64,000 nt of DNA from Patescibacteria group bacterium. Its GTDB lineage: Bacteria; Patescibacteriota; Patescibacteriia; UBA9570. A program made the translations under genes and the position numbers. Below are positions 1 through 9,706 of this stretch, piece by piece. Under the pieces are notes generated by a model that did no database searches, was not told where the DNA came from, and saw nothing but the letters and a program-made list of their open reading frames with translations. The stretch lies in the NCBI GenBank assembly GCA_024277435.1, contig JAJRVJ010000009.1, positions 1,226-65,225 on the forward strand, read 5' to 3'. Each line of letters starts with the position of its first letter. Positions within the stretch are counted from its first letter, which is position 1.

Positions 1-1862
1 CAATCATTGGATTTTCTTCATCTGGTTCAAACTGCTTACCACCAATTAATCCAGCATATTCATTCGATTTAAAATCCGACATGCGTACAATTACTTGATG
101 AGGAGCATACGCAGCCGCTAACCGACCTACTCCTAATGCTAATTGATCTACAAAGTAATCAGCTTTATTTTCATAACCAAATGTAATTTCTTCAATCTCT
201 TTCTTCACCTTTTCATCTTCAAGTTCATCGAACCGTAACAATGCAAGTGGATGCACTTTGATAGCATTCAAGATAATCATCTCTAAGCGCGCTAACCCAA
301 TTCCACGATTTGGAATCATAGAGAAATCAAACGCACGTGATGGATCACCCACAATTTGCATAATATCTGTTTTCGGCTCCTTCAACTCTCCTAAATCTGT
401 CTTCTTCACTTCAAATGGAACATCACCTTCATATACAAATCCCTTTTCACCTTCAGCACACGATACTGTTACTTCTTGATCGGTTTTAAGTAACGAAGTA
501 GCATTCTTCGTACCTACTACCGCTGGAATACCGAGTTCACGCGATACAATCGCTGCATGCGATGTGCGTCCGCCAGAATTTGTAACGATAGCTGAAGCAA
601 TTTTCATAATTGGCTCCCAATCTGGATCGGTAATTTCTGTAACCAATACTTCACCTTCTTTAAAATCGTGAATAGAGCTTACGTCTTTAAGAACGCGTAC
701 TTTACCTTGGCCAACTTTTGAACCAACCGATACACCTTCAGTAATTACTTTACCCTCACCCTTCATGAGATACTCTTCAAGAACATTTACATCACCTTGT
801 GAATGCACAGTTTCTGGACGAGCCTGTACAATATATAATTTTCCATTAATACCATCCTTAGCCCACTCAATGTCCATTGGCTTCTCATAATGCTCTTCGA
901 TTAAGCATGCCCAATATGCTAACTTCAGTACTTCATCATCAGTGAGCACATACTGTTTACTATCTTCTTCTGGAACAGGAACCTCACGTACAGGATCGTT
1001 ACCTTCCATGCTATAAATCATTTTGATCTCTTTATGACCCTTGGATTTAGCAACGATAGGACGATACTTAAACTCAGGCTCACCACCTTTCATAGTTACA
1101 CCTTCTCTTAAGGTTGGCTTATATACATAATACTCATCTGGCTCCACTTTACCTTGCACAACCATTTCACCTAATCCATATGATGCATTAATAAGCACTG
1201 CGTTTTCAAATCCAGATTCAGTATCAATAGAAAACATCACACCAGAACCCGATTTGTCAGACCGTACCATTTTTTGCACACCAACAGACAACGCTACATT
1301 AAAATGGTCGTAGCCTTTATCTTGACGATAGGAAATTGCCCGATTCGTAAATAATGAAGCCATGCACCGTTTGGTAGCATCAATTACTTCATAGTCACCC
1401 CGAACATTTAAAAATGTTTCTTGCTGCCCTGCAAATGAAGCATCGGGCATATCTTCTGCAGTTGCCGAGCTACGTACCGCTACATCCATATCATCACCAT
1501 CTTGACCCTCTAGTTTATTTAATTCTATATAAGCTTCTTCAATCGCCTTCTTCAATGCCTCCGGTAACTCAGCTTGCAAAATAGCTTCACGCACTTTATG
1601 GCCATGCTCCTGTAAATTATGTAAATCTGAAGTATCTAGTGTCGCCAAAATATCAACAATTTCCTTACGAACACCTGTTTCATCTAAGAACATATTGTAC
1701 GCATGTGCGGTAATTGCAAATCCGTTAGGAACTACAATACCTTTTGCTGCCATGTTTTGATACATTTCACCAAGAGATGCATTTTTACCACCAGCATATT
1801 GAACATCGTCCATACCTAGCTCTTTAAACCAGAGAATGAGTGCGTCTTTTTTATCTGCCATA
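1..1862 (-). CDS. ppsA: Phosphoenolpyruvate synthase (pyruvate, water dikinase), N-terminal ~620 aa; 3' end runs off window start
   Basis: No ORF-track entry because it is truncated. My translation from the ATG at 1862 downward gives MADKKDALILWFKELGMDDVQYAGGKNASLGEM...VRSSATAEDMPDASFAGQQETFLNV...GGRTSHAAIVSRELGIPAVVG, which follows E. coli PpsA along its whole length, including the PEP-utilizing mobile His domain. Confidence 0.9.
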
Positions 1863-2067
1863 ATGAATAATTGAGGGATTAATTAATGAATATAACACGG
1901 CGTATTATATAGTATGATGATATCATTGTCTAGATTAAGTGTAAGCCAAAATACCTATATTAATACTAGTTCTTTTTTTTGAATATATCGCTTCTTGGAT
2001 TGTTTAAATTTCATTGTATTACTGTGCGCACCGGTAACAGTAATCTTTACTCGTTTAACGCTACTTG

Positions 2068-2451
2068 TTAAAAACCCTTAACATCAAACCGCACTGTCTT
2101 AAACTCTTTATTGCGTGAAAAAGATTGTGGCACAATTGTTACTTTATTATACGTGGCTGTATCAATGACTTCTGTTGAAGAAGCATCTATACCAGCTCTA
2201 CTATTTAAATTTATGATGTTCTTTTTAAGAATTGCGCCTTTCTTATTTACTCCTTCAATTTTGATGCGATTAAAATCTTGTTCATCACTAGGAATCTTTA
2301 TGCGAACCCGCAACTGCCTACCTACTCTTCGTAAACGCATCTTGACTGTATTATTTTGCGTATATTCTAAAAACAATAATGAATTTACGTGCGGATCAAA
2401 ACCAATAGCGTTACAGTTAGCCTCCAACGAACAGGTTGTGCCTACGTGCAC
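2068..2451 (-). CDS. Hypothetical 127-aa protein (weak PilZ-like RxxxR arrangement, not verified)
   Basis: ORF from the track. Basic [11 protein letters not shown] segment. No confident family assignment. Sits between ppsA and the esterase. Confidence 0.3.
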   Translation of the reverse strand: MHVGTTCSLEANCNAIGFDPHVNSLLFLEYTQNNTVKMRLRRVGRQLRVRIKIPSDEQDFNRIKIEGVNKKGAILKKNIINLNSRAGIDASSTEVIDTATYNKVTIVPQSFSRNKEFKTVRFDVKGF

Positions 2452-2592
2452 ATCACCAGCATATCGCTACTCTATATATATGCATCTACAGCCGCAACAT
2501 ATTGTTGATACGTGCGCTCACGCACATTCGCTTCTCTACCCCCCCCTGTATACTCTGAATAAGAATCCATAAATCACAAATGTGTTAAATAC

Positions 2593-3645
2593 CTAATTTA
2601 GCCACCAACTCATGAGCTGATCTTTTTCTGTGCTAGAAATTGTATGCCCACCTGAGTACACATTATATGTTACATCAAAACCAAGACCTTGAAGTGTAGA
2701 TTCATACAGTGAAAGTTCGTCAGGTATGCGTAATGTGTCATCTTCGCCTGTTGAAAGCCAGGCCCTTGGTTTTTCATCACCAAATCCTCCAGAAAATATT
2801 CCGCCATGCAATACAGCGAAGTGCGTAAACCGATCATCGTTAGTTGCAAGATACGCCGTGTAGCTACCTCCGGCTGAAAAGCCCGCTGTAAGCATATGGT
2901 TAGCATCTTCATATACATTACTCTTTGCTAGCACTTCTTCAAGAGTGTTGAGCGTATGTGTATAATCTTCTGTAATTTCACCTTCTATGGTGCCCACCTC
3001 CCAAATATATTCCCCACTTGGAGACATGCGTGAATCTGGCGCTACAATAATGAAGCCGTATTCTTCTGCATACTCATCAAAAAAATTCAGTATCTCATTA
3101 CCATCTCCACCCGTACCATGAAAAGCCACCATTACCGGTAAGCATTGAGTATTGTATCCGGTTGGTAAATAATACTTACCATCTCGGCCAGCAGAATTTT
3201 TCGTACTGATATCTCCACGAACAGCTGCTAATGGACTTGCGCTAGTATCTGCTTCACAGGTAAATGACTCTTCCTCTGGTTCTTCTGGAACTACCTCACA
3301 GCTAGTATGTACGTATTTTTTCTTGGCCCATTTCGAGGCTTTCTTTTTCTTGGTCTTAACTACTCGTACGCGAATACGATATGTTTTATCTTCTACAAAA
3401 GTACTATCACTAAATTTCTTCTTCTTGTTCTTGGTCTTTTTATTCTTAATAACATTACTACTACCTTTAATCACTTTCACACGATACTTCTTTGCGCCGC
3501 TGCGGCGCTTCCACTTAATCTCCACTTTTTCACCAGAGCATTCTACCGTAAGATTTTGTGGCTTCTTAAAGCTTTTCTTGGCTACCACACTTGATGGCGC
3601 TAACATAAATATTGATACCAATAGAATAGCGCTAATGTACCGCAT
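2593..3645 (-). CDS. Secreted alpha/beta-hydrolase esterase (PHB-depolymerase/LpqC-like) with Lys-rich FN3-like N-terminal region
   Basis: Signal peptide MRYISAILLVSIFMLAPSSVVA; I chose the internal Met so the start lies 1 nt after the pyk stop. Lys-rich stretch KNKKTKNKKKKF...KTKKKKASKWAKKK. Catalytic part carries HGTGGDG and nucleophile elbow GFSAGG. Confidence 0.6.
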   Translation of the reverse strand: MRYISAILLVSIFMLAPSSVVAKKSFKKPQNLTVECSGEKVEIKWKRRSGAKKYRVKVIKGSSNVIKNKKTKNKKKKFSDSTFVEDKTYRIRVRVVKTKKKKASKWAKKKYVHTSCEVVPEEPEEESFTCEADTSASPLAAVRGDISTKNSAGRDGKYYLPTGYNTQCLPVMVAFHGTGGDGNEILNFFDEYAEEYGFIIVAPDSRMSPSGEYIWEVGTIEGEITEDYTHTLNTLEEVLAKSNVYEDANHMLTAGFSAGGSYTAYLATNDDRFTHFAVLHGGIFSGGFGDEKPRAWLSTGEDDTLRIPDELSLYESTLQGLGFDVTYNVYSGGHTISSTEKDQLMSWWLN

Positions 3646-3646
3646 A

Positions 3647-5071
3647 TTACACTGTGTGTAATTTAACCATGTTCGCTCCATGCGATTTACCTACCGGCTG
3701 ACCAGTAACTATTACAATATTATCTTTGGCTTTTACCAACTTAGTTTTTTTCATAAGAGCAGCCGACTTACGAATCAACTCATCAAGCGTTTTACACTTC
3801 GGTAATACATATGCCTGCGCACCCCATGTTAGAGCCATTTTATTTTGTGTGAGAGAATCATTTGTGAGTACAGCAATAATTATTTCCGGACGATGCCGCG
3901 CTACCATACGTGCTGTATGACCAGTAATCGAATTTACCACAATAGCTTTCACACCTTCTTGCTGAGCTAAATCATATGCCACAATAGAAATAGAGTCTTC
4001 AATGGATGCATGTTTAATCTGCAAATAATGCCCTGGCAGATCATCAAATTGAGAAGCTTCAGTTTTCTTAATAATATCAGTCATCATTTTTACCGATTCC
4101 ACTGGATATTTTCCAGAGGCGCTTTCACCGGAAAGCATTACTGCATCGGTATGATCTATTACTGCATTGGCTACGTCGGAAACTTCGGCACGAGTTGGCC
4201 GAGGATTAATCATCATCGATTCCAACATTTGTGTTGCCACAATTACTGGCTTGCCAACTAACATACATTTTTCAATCATGGTTTTTTGCGCCAATGGCAC
4301 GTCCGATGCTTTAATTTCAATACCCAAATCACCACGCGCTACCATAATCCCATCGGCCGCTTCAAGAATGCCATCAAAATTCTTTAACGCCTCCTTACGC
4401 TCGATCTTAGCAATAATATGTACGTCTTTATTTCCAAGTAATTTACGTAATGCCTGGACATTATTAGCATCCTTCACAAAGGATAGTGCTACAAAATCAA
4501 TACCGTTGCGCAAACCAAATTTTAGATCCTCTTTATCTTTTTTTGTAATTACCGTAGCATCGATAGTTGTGCCTGGTAAATTAATGCCTTTGTGTGAAAA
4601 AATAATACCCGCCTTTTGGACTACTCCATAAATATGCTGATCTTTTACACTCGTTACCTTAATATCAATCAAGCCATCATTAATTAAAATATGGCTACCC
4701 TTTTTTACATTCTTATATAGTGGCTTGTATCCAACAGGGATAATCTTCTCTTTACCCATAACCACCATTTTGTAATCTACCAAATCCTCGTGCGCTAATA
4801 CCACCTTCTCTCCCCGCGTAAGTTCAACGCCATCTTTTTGCACCTCTCCAACACGAATGCGTGGCCCCTGCAAATCTTGCATGATGGCAACGGTGTGGCC
4901 AAGCTCTTTAGCGGTACTACGAATGGTTTTTATAATTTCTTTGTGTTGAGTATATGTGCCATGAGAAAAATTTAAACGGGCCACATTCATACCCGCTTGC
5001 ATCATTTTCTTTAAGGTTATTTTTGTATTGGATGCTGGTCCAATTGTGCAGACAATTTTCGTTTTTTTCAT
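3647..5071 (-). CDS. pyk: Pyruvate kinase
   Basis: 474 aa beginning MKKTKIVCTIGPAS...ARLNFSHG, with full-length PK domain architecture. Confidence 0.92.
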   Translation of the reverse strand: MKKTKIVCTIGPASNTKITLKKMMQAGMNVARLNFSHGTYTQHKEIIKTIRSTAKELGHTVAIMQDLQGPRIRVGEVQKDGVELTRGEKVVLAHEDLVDYKMVVMGKEKIIPVGYKPLYKNVKKGSHILINDGLIDIKVTSVKDQHIYGVVQKAGIIFSHKGINLPGTTIDATVITKKDKEDLKFGLRNGIDFVALSFVKDANNVQALRKLLGNKDVHIIAKIERKEALKNFDGILEAADGIMVARGDLGIEIKASDVPLAQKTMIEKCMLVGKPVIVATQMLESMMINPRPTRAEVSDVANAVIDHTDAVMLSGESASGKYPVESVKMMTDIIKKTEASQFDDLPGHYLQIKHASIEDSISIVAYDLAQQEGVKAIVVNSITGHTARMVARHRPEIIIAVLTNDSLTQNKMALTWGAQAYVLPKCKTLDELIRKSAALMKKTKLVKAKDNIVIVTGQPVGKSHGANMVKLHTV

Positions 5072-5163
5072 AGATTTATTGTAACATATCTCGACCCCTC
5101 TCCCAATTCTTTCACTAACCGTTCAAGATCCCCTTCCCTCATTTTTAGGAGAGAAGGGGATAC

Positions 5164-5188
5164 AAAAAACCCCTCCTGAAAGGAGGGG
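5164..5188 (-). terminator. Intrinsic terminator downstream of efp
   Basis: cccctcct-gaaa-ggagggg hairpin followed by a T-run on the minus strand (AAAAAA on the plus strand at 5164-5169). A second hairpin lies at 5129-5160. Confidence 0.6.
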
Positions 5189-5209
5189 TTGGGGAGGGTC
5201 GATAAAAGC

Positions 5210-5782
5210 TTAATTCGAGCTCTTATTGGCACGCTCTACATATTCGCCAGTTTCTGTATTTACGATAATTTGCTCATCTTGCTTAATGAATAGCGGTACT
5301 GGTAATTCATATCCAGTTCCTAATCTCACACGTTTAGTGGCATTTCCAGCGGTATCACCTTTTACTCCCGGAGGAGCTTCCACAACGGTAAGCGTTACCT
5401 TTGGTGGAAGTGAGATTGTTACCGGCCTACCATTAAAACTCATTACTTCAACATCCTCACCTTCTTTCACAAAGTTTGAAATTTCACCAATAGCCTCAGC
5501 TTCAAGTGCAAACTGTTCGTAGGATTCATTATCCATAAATTGATACTGACTACCTTCAATGTACAAAAAATTTGCTTTTGTACGTGTTAAGTCAGCTTCC
5601 TCAATTTTATCACCACCCTTAAAGGTATGTTCACGAACAGATCCAGTGATGAGATTTTTAAGCTTAGTGCGTAATACAGCACTACCACGACCCATTTGCA
5701 AATGATCGGTTGAAATTACTCGGAATGGCGCCCCTTCAAAATCGAGCACCTTTCCAAGTTTAATATCGCTCATTGTTAACAT
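5210..5782 (-). CDS. efp: Elongation factor P
   Basis: 190 aa with full-length EF-P similarity (KLGKVLDFEGAPFRV...GDTAGNATK...). Start 3 nt after the rpsR stop. Confidence 0.9.
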   Translation of the reverse strand: MLTMSDIKLGKVLDFEGAPFRVISTDHLQMGRGSAVLRTKLKNLITGSVREHTFKGGDKIEEADLTRTKANFLYIEGSQYQFMDNESYEQFALEAEAIGEISNFVKEGEDVEVMSFNGRPVTISLPPKVTLTVVEAPPGVKGDTAGNATKRVRLGTGYELPVPLFIKQDEQIIVNTETGEYVERANKSSN

Positions 5783-5785
5783 AGT

Positions 5786-6013
5786 TTATCTACGAACGTA
5801 AGGAATTAACGCCATGTAACGAGCTCGCTTTACAGCCTGAGCTAATTTACGTTGTGTTTTTGCATCGGTACCCAAACGTTTTGCTGGAAGAATTTTTGCA
5901 TAATTAGAAATTACGCGACGCACAATTTGCAAATTCTTATAATCCAACGCCCGCGGATCGATGTCTAACGGTTCGCGCTGTTTCTTTTTGCGCTTGTTAT
6001 ATTTGTAAGCCAT
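5786..6013 (-). CDS. rpsR: 30S ribosomal protein S18
   Basis: 75 aa: ...DYKNLQIVRRVISNYAKILPAKRLGTDAKTQRKLAQAVKRARYMALIPY. Confidence 0.92.
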   Translation of the reverse strand: MAYKYNKRKKKQREPLDIDPRALDYKNLQIVRRVISNYAKILPAKRLGTDAKTQRKLAQAVKRARYMALIPYVRR

Positions 6014-6040
6014 TATGATGTATGTTTGTTATTCGATAAT

Positions 6041-6484
6041 TTAGAATGGAATGTCTTCTACACTAATTTCTTCAGCTGCAGAACTTACATTTGGTTCTGG
6101 CGGAGCTTCTGTTGGTGCTGGAGCTGTAGTAGAAACTGGAGCTCCGCCACCGCCGGCACGAGAACTTAGCATAATAAGGTTATTGGCAATAATTTCTGTA
6201 CGATATTTCTTTACTCCACTCGGATCTTCCCAAGAACGAGTTTCAAGGCGTCCTTCAATATATACCTTCATACCTTTTTTCACATACTGCTGAATAATCT
6301 CGGCTAATTTGCGCCAAGCAACAATATTATGAAATTCTGCCTTCTCTTGCTTCCCACCAGATTGATCTGTCCATTGACGATTCGTAGCAATTGAAAATGA
6401 AGCTACCATTTGTCCAGATGGAATTGTTTTTACTTCAGGATCACGGGTTACATTACCGATGATCATTACTTTATTAAGATCCAT
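6041..6484 (-). CDS. ssb: Single-stranded DNA-binding protein
   Basis: OB-fold N-terminus, Gly/Pro-rich linker and the canonical acidic DIPF C-terminal tail. Confidence 0.9.
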   Translation of the reverse strand: MDLNKVMIIGNVTRDPEVKTIPSGQMVASFSIATNRQWTDQSGGKQEKAEFHNIVAWRKLAEIIQQYVKKGMKVYIEGRLETRSWEDPSGVKKYRTEIIANNLIMLSSRAGGGGAPVSTTAPAPTEAPPEPNVSSAAEEISVEDIPF

Positions 6485-6503
6485 AGATGTAATACTTAAT
6501 AAT

Positions 6504-7130
6504 TTATAATTTAGTTTCGATATCTGTATCGTCTAAGATTGCGTCGAGCTTTTTATCAAGATCTTCTACTGATACACTTTTAGGATCTGCTGCTTCTTTT
6601 TCTTCAGTAACTTCTTCAGCTTTTGTTTCACCAGGCGCTAAATCACCTTTTGCTTCAGCTGCACTTTCTTCCGCTGGTTTTTCCACTGGTTTCTCAATAG
6701 GTTTTTCGGCTGCACGTTCTTTAGCGCGTTTAGCATCTTCTTCTACACCACCTTCAGTAGCCTTTACTGGCTCTTCAACAATTGGTTGAGCTTGCCCAGG
6801 ATGATGATCGGCTAACATTTTTGTAAGCTCTTCTTCAGTACGTTGAATACCTTTTACAAGTAGGTACCGTAATACATCTGGATCAAGGCGAAGTTGCTTA
6901 TCTAACTCAGCCATTTGGCTACGTTCGATATTAAAATACACCAAGTAATAATGACCTGATGTTTGTCGCTTTACTTGGTATTGTAAACGACGTCGACCTA
7001 AATCATGGTCGGCAACGATGCTACCACCTGCGGCAGTAACAAGACCCATGGCGCGTTCTTTCACTGCAGGAACTTGGCTCTCATCTAAGGAACCAGGAAC
7101 AATGAACATTAGTTCATATACTTCATTCAT
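6504..7130 (-). CDS. rpsF: 30S ribosomal protein S6 with ~110-aa acidic E/K/P-rich C-terminal extension
   Basis: MNEVYELMFIVPG... S6 fold, then a tail EKPIEKPVEKPAEE.... The ORF could extend to the upstream Met at 7154. Forms the classic rpsF-ssb-rpsR arrangement. Confidence 0.85.
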   Translation of the reverse strand: MNEVYELMFIVPGSLDESQVPAVKERAMGLVTAAGGSIVADHDLGRRRLQYQVKRQTSGHYYLVYFNIERSQMAELDKQLRLDPDVLRYLLVKGIQRTEEELTKMLADHHPGQAQPIVEEPVKATEGGVEEDAKRAKERAAEKPIEKPVEKPAEESAAEAKGDLAPGETKAEEVTEEKEAADPKSVSVEDLDKKLDAILDDTDIETKL

Positions 7131-7278
7131 ATATTTTTTCTTTTGTGCGTACATCCATTATTGCTATACTCGCACGATTCGAGGACAATAATATGGATAA
7201 TTAAGGATGCAACACTTAATAAATTAGCCTGCGTAGTGTACCAATAAGTTATTATGGTGTCAACTGCCGTGAGATGCC

Positions 7279-7307
7279 AAAAAACCCCTGTATTTTCAGG
7301 GGTTTTT
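7279..7307 (-). terminator. Bidirectional intrinsic terminator (cccctg-tatttt-cagggg) after the response-regulator gene
   Basis: Hairpin flanked by an A-run upstream and TTTTT downstream. Confidence 0.55.
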
Positions 7308-7330
7308 GATACATATTATTATGTGAGAAG

Positions 7331-7696
7331 CTAGATATATTTATTAATCTTCTCAACTACACTACTCATTGTTTGCTCGGCTTTAAGTAAGTAGTCAACT
7401 GCGCCGAGATCTAACCCTCGTTGCTTATCTGACTCCTGTTCTAATACAGTTAGAATAATCACAGGAATATCCTTAAGAGCTTCATCAGCCTTTACTTCTT
7501 TAAGAACATCAAATCCATTCTTTACAGGTAAAATAAGGTCAAGAAGAATTAAGTCTGGTTTTTCTTTACCTAGCGCTACCAATGCCTCTGCTCCATCTAA
7601 AACAGACTCAACAACAAACCCTCCCCTTTCAAGGCCATCCTTGAAGATTCTGGAATAGAACTTATCATCTTCAACAAGTAAGATTTTTTTATTCAT
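7331..7696 (-). CDS. Stand-alone CheY-like receiver-domain response regulator (no output domain)
   Basis: 121 aa: ILLVEDD...DLILLDLILP...K motifs. Lies immediately downstream of the histidine kinase. Confidence 0.85.
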   Translation of the reverse strand: MNKKILLVEDDKFYSRIFKDGLERGGFVVESVLDGAEALVALGKEKPDLILLDLILPVKNGFDVLKEVKADEALKDIPVIILTVLEQESDKQRGLDLGAVDYLLKAEQTMSSVVEKINKYI

Positions 7697-7723
7697 ACTC
7701 TTCTTTTTAATGATTATTGATAA

Positions 7724-9073
7724 TTATATTCGTCTTATGGGAATAGTAACATAAAATATAGAGCCCCTCCCCTTTCCTTTTGACTCAAACCAAATTTTAC
7801 CTCCTAACGACTCAATAATTGATTTTGCAACATATAATCCTAATCCAGACCCTTCTGTTCTAGACCTTTTTGCATCATCTGTTCTAAAAAATTTAGTAAA
7901 AATATTCTTTCGATCCTTTTCATCTATCCCAATGCCTGAGTCTTTTACAGATATCTTATATTCTCCCGCCTGTGCATTTTTTGTTAATTCAACGAACACA
8001 CGAGATGCCTTTGGAGAATAATATAGTGCATTACTAATTAAATTCCGAATCACTTGAAAAAAATAAATATGATCCACTCTTATCATTTCATTATCTTGTA
8101 AATGTGGTGTAAATACAATTTCCTGCCCTTCCTCTCTTGCTAATAAGCTAAATTCTTTAATAAGTTCTTCAATACCCTCCTTGATATTAATATTAACTGG
8201 CTTGAATTCTAGTTTGGCAGACTCAAGCCTAGATACATCAAGTAGCTCATGAACAAGCTGATGCATGCGCACATTAGAATTATGTATTAAATCCAAATAT
8301 TCTTTTTGTTTTTCATTGATCTTTCCATAATCTTCATTCAATAATGATTCAGTAAGAAGCTTAATGGCGCCAAGCGGTGTATTAAGTTGATGAGATGCAG
8401 AAGATACAAACTCTGATTTTGCACGACTCAACCGCTGCTCTTCACTGACATCTTTAAATACCACAACGCTACCATGAATCTTCTCATCACCATCAATAAC
8501 AGGTGCCGCGCACACAGAAATAGGGATAACATTGTGTGATTTTTTTATTCGCAAATAAATATTATTTACCTCTGTGAAACCGCTACATAAATTAATAGAC
8601 TTATTTACCACAGAAGCAATTGAATCAAGAACATTTGCTCCAGACTCATCTGTGGTAACAAAAACAGCATCGTACTTTTTACCAAGTACATTACTTTCTT
8701 TAGCACCAATAAAATCAAGAGCAACCCGGTTTATAGCTGTAATAGCATTATCTTCATCTATTACAAATAAGCCTTCACCAATACTTTCAATAATAGCCTC
8801 CGCTCGATTTTTTTCTTTTTCTAAAGCCATCTCTCCTTTTTTTCTATCTGTAACATCACGAATAATGGCCATTGTTCCCGACTTCCCTTTAAAAGAAATT
8901 TGTTGCGCAGAAATTTCTGTATGCCTAATCACGCCGTCTTTTCTGATGGCATCAAACGAGTATTGTTTTGGAACATCTTTTCCGGCCAAACGATCCTGAT
9001 ATCTTTTTAAGATCAATGGACGATGATACTCTGCAACAAGTTGTAGTATTGGCATTCCAATAAGCTCTTCCAC
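7724..9073 (-). CDS. PAS-HisKA-HATPase sensor histidine kinase (C-terminal portion of a disrupted larger sensor; starts at GTG directly after an in-frame TAG)
   Basis: H-box FVSSASHQLNTPL and ATP-binding GSGLGLYVAKSIIESLGG. Its first codons, VEELIGMPILQL, complete a PAS motif begun in the upstream ORF. Confidence 0.8.
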   Translation of the reverse strand: MEELIGMPILQLVAEYHRPLILKRYQDRLAGKDVPKQYSFDAIRKDGVIRHTEISAQQISFKGKSGTMAIIRDVTDRKKGEMALEKEKNRAEAIIESIGEGLFVIDEDNAITAINRVALDFIGAKESNVLGKKYDAVFVTTDESGANVLDSIASVVNKSINLCSGFTEVNNIYLRIKKSHNVIPISVCAAPVIDGDEKIHGSVVVFKDVSEEQRLSRAKSEFVSSASHQLNTPLGAIKLLTESLLNEDYGKINEKQKEYLDLIHNSNVRMHQLVHELLDVSRLESAKLEFKPVNINIKEGIEELIKEFSLLAREEGQEIVFTPHLQDNEMIRVDHIYFFQVIRNLISNALYYSPKASRVFVELTKNAQAGEYKISVKDSGIGIDEKDRKNIFTKFFRTDDAKRSRTEGSGLGLYVAKSIIESLGGKIWFESKGKGRGSIFYVTIPIRRI

Positions 9074-9706
9074 CTAATAGCCTGTAATCTTAACGGTTGC
9101 ATGATTTGTAAATACTAATTTTCCATCCTGTATGATATTAATACTGTCATGCGCACCATTAACAACCGCAGAATACTTAGTCTCGGATTCTTGTAATTTT
9201 GCAAAAGCCTCCTGTCGCTCCGTAACATCTTCATGCATCATGACTACACTCTGAATCGTATCATTTTTATCTTTGATAGAGTATATCTGCGACTGCACCC
9301 AACGCTTCCTGCCCCTTATCTTAACCGACGTTGTTTTTTCTGGCGTATATTCAAACACTGGAAGAGTAACTACCTCTCCTGCAAACGCTTTTTCAATAAG
9401 AGGCATAAATCCCAATGCTCGAATCTGATCATCTTTTAAGATATTATACTTTTTATGAATCAACGATAATTCTTCTCGACTCACATCCCATAATTTACTA
9501 TACGCATCATTAACTTGTGTGATTTTACCGTCAGGCGTCATTATTTGAATAGCAATAGTAGACTGCTCCATTAACATTCTGAATTTTTCTTCGCTCTGCT
9601 GCAACTCAAGCTTTGTCTGCTCAAGATCTTCAAGCATATTCAATAAAACAGCAGGCTTAAGCAGCTTCTTAGTAGTACGTTCCTTGTTTCTTGCTCTCTT
9701 AATCAA
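9074..9706 (-). CDS. PAS-domain linker protein (middle fragment of disrupted sensor kinase)
   Basis: Coiled-coil linker followed by a PAS fold. Ends ...VFTNHATVKITGY then TAG, which is the TGYxxEELIG PAS signature interrupted by a stop. Confidence 0.7.
   Translation of the reverse strand: MIKRARNKERTTKKLLKPAVLLNMLEDLEQTKLELQQSEEKFRMLMEQSTIAIQIMTPDGKITQVNDAYSKLWDVSREELSLIHKKYNILKDDQIRALGFMPLIEKAFAGEVVTLPVFEYTPEKTTSVKIRGRKRWVQSQIYSIKDKNDTIQSVVMMHEDVTERQEAFAKLQESETKYSAVVNGAHDSINIIQDGKLVFTNHATVKITGY

Noticed and set aside
2068-2451. PilZ (c-di-GMP-binding) assignment for the 127-aa ORF
   Set aside because: An RxxxR-like basic stretch is present, but the second motif (D/N-x-S-x-x-G) is not convincingly found by eye. 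It is kept as hypothetical.
258-4631. Short ORFs 258-479(+), 2111-2572(+), 3307-3661(+), 3726-4631(+)
   Set aside because: These are antisense to strongly supported genes (ppsA, esterase, pyk) or overlap them, and have low-complexity composition, so they are judged spurious.
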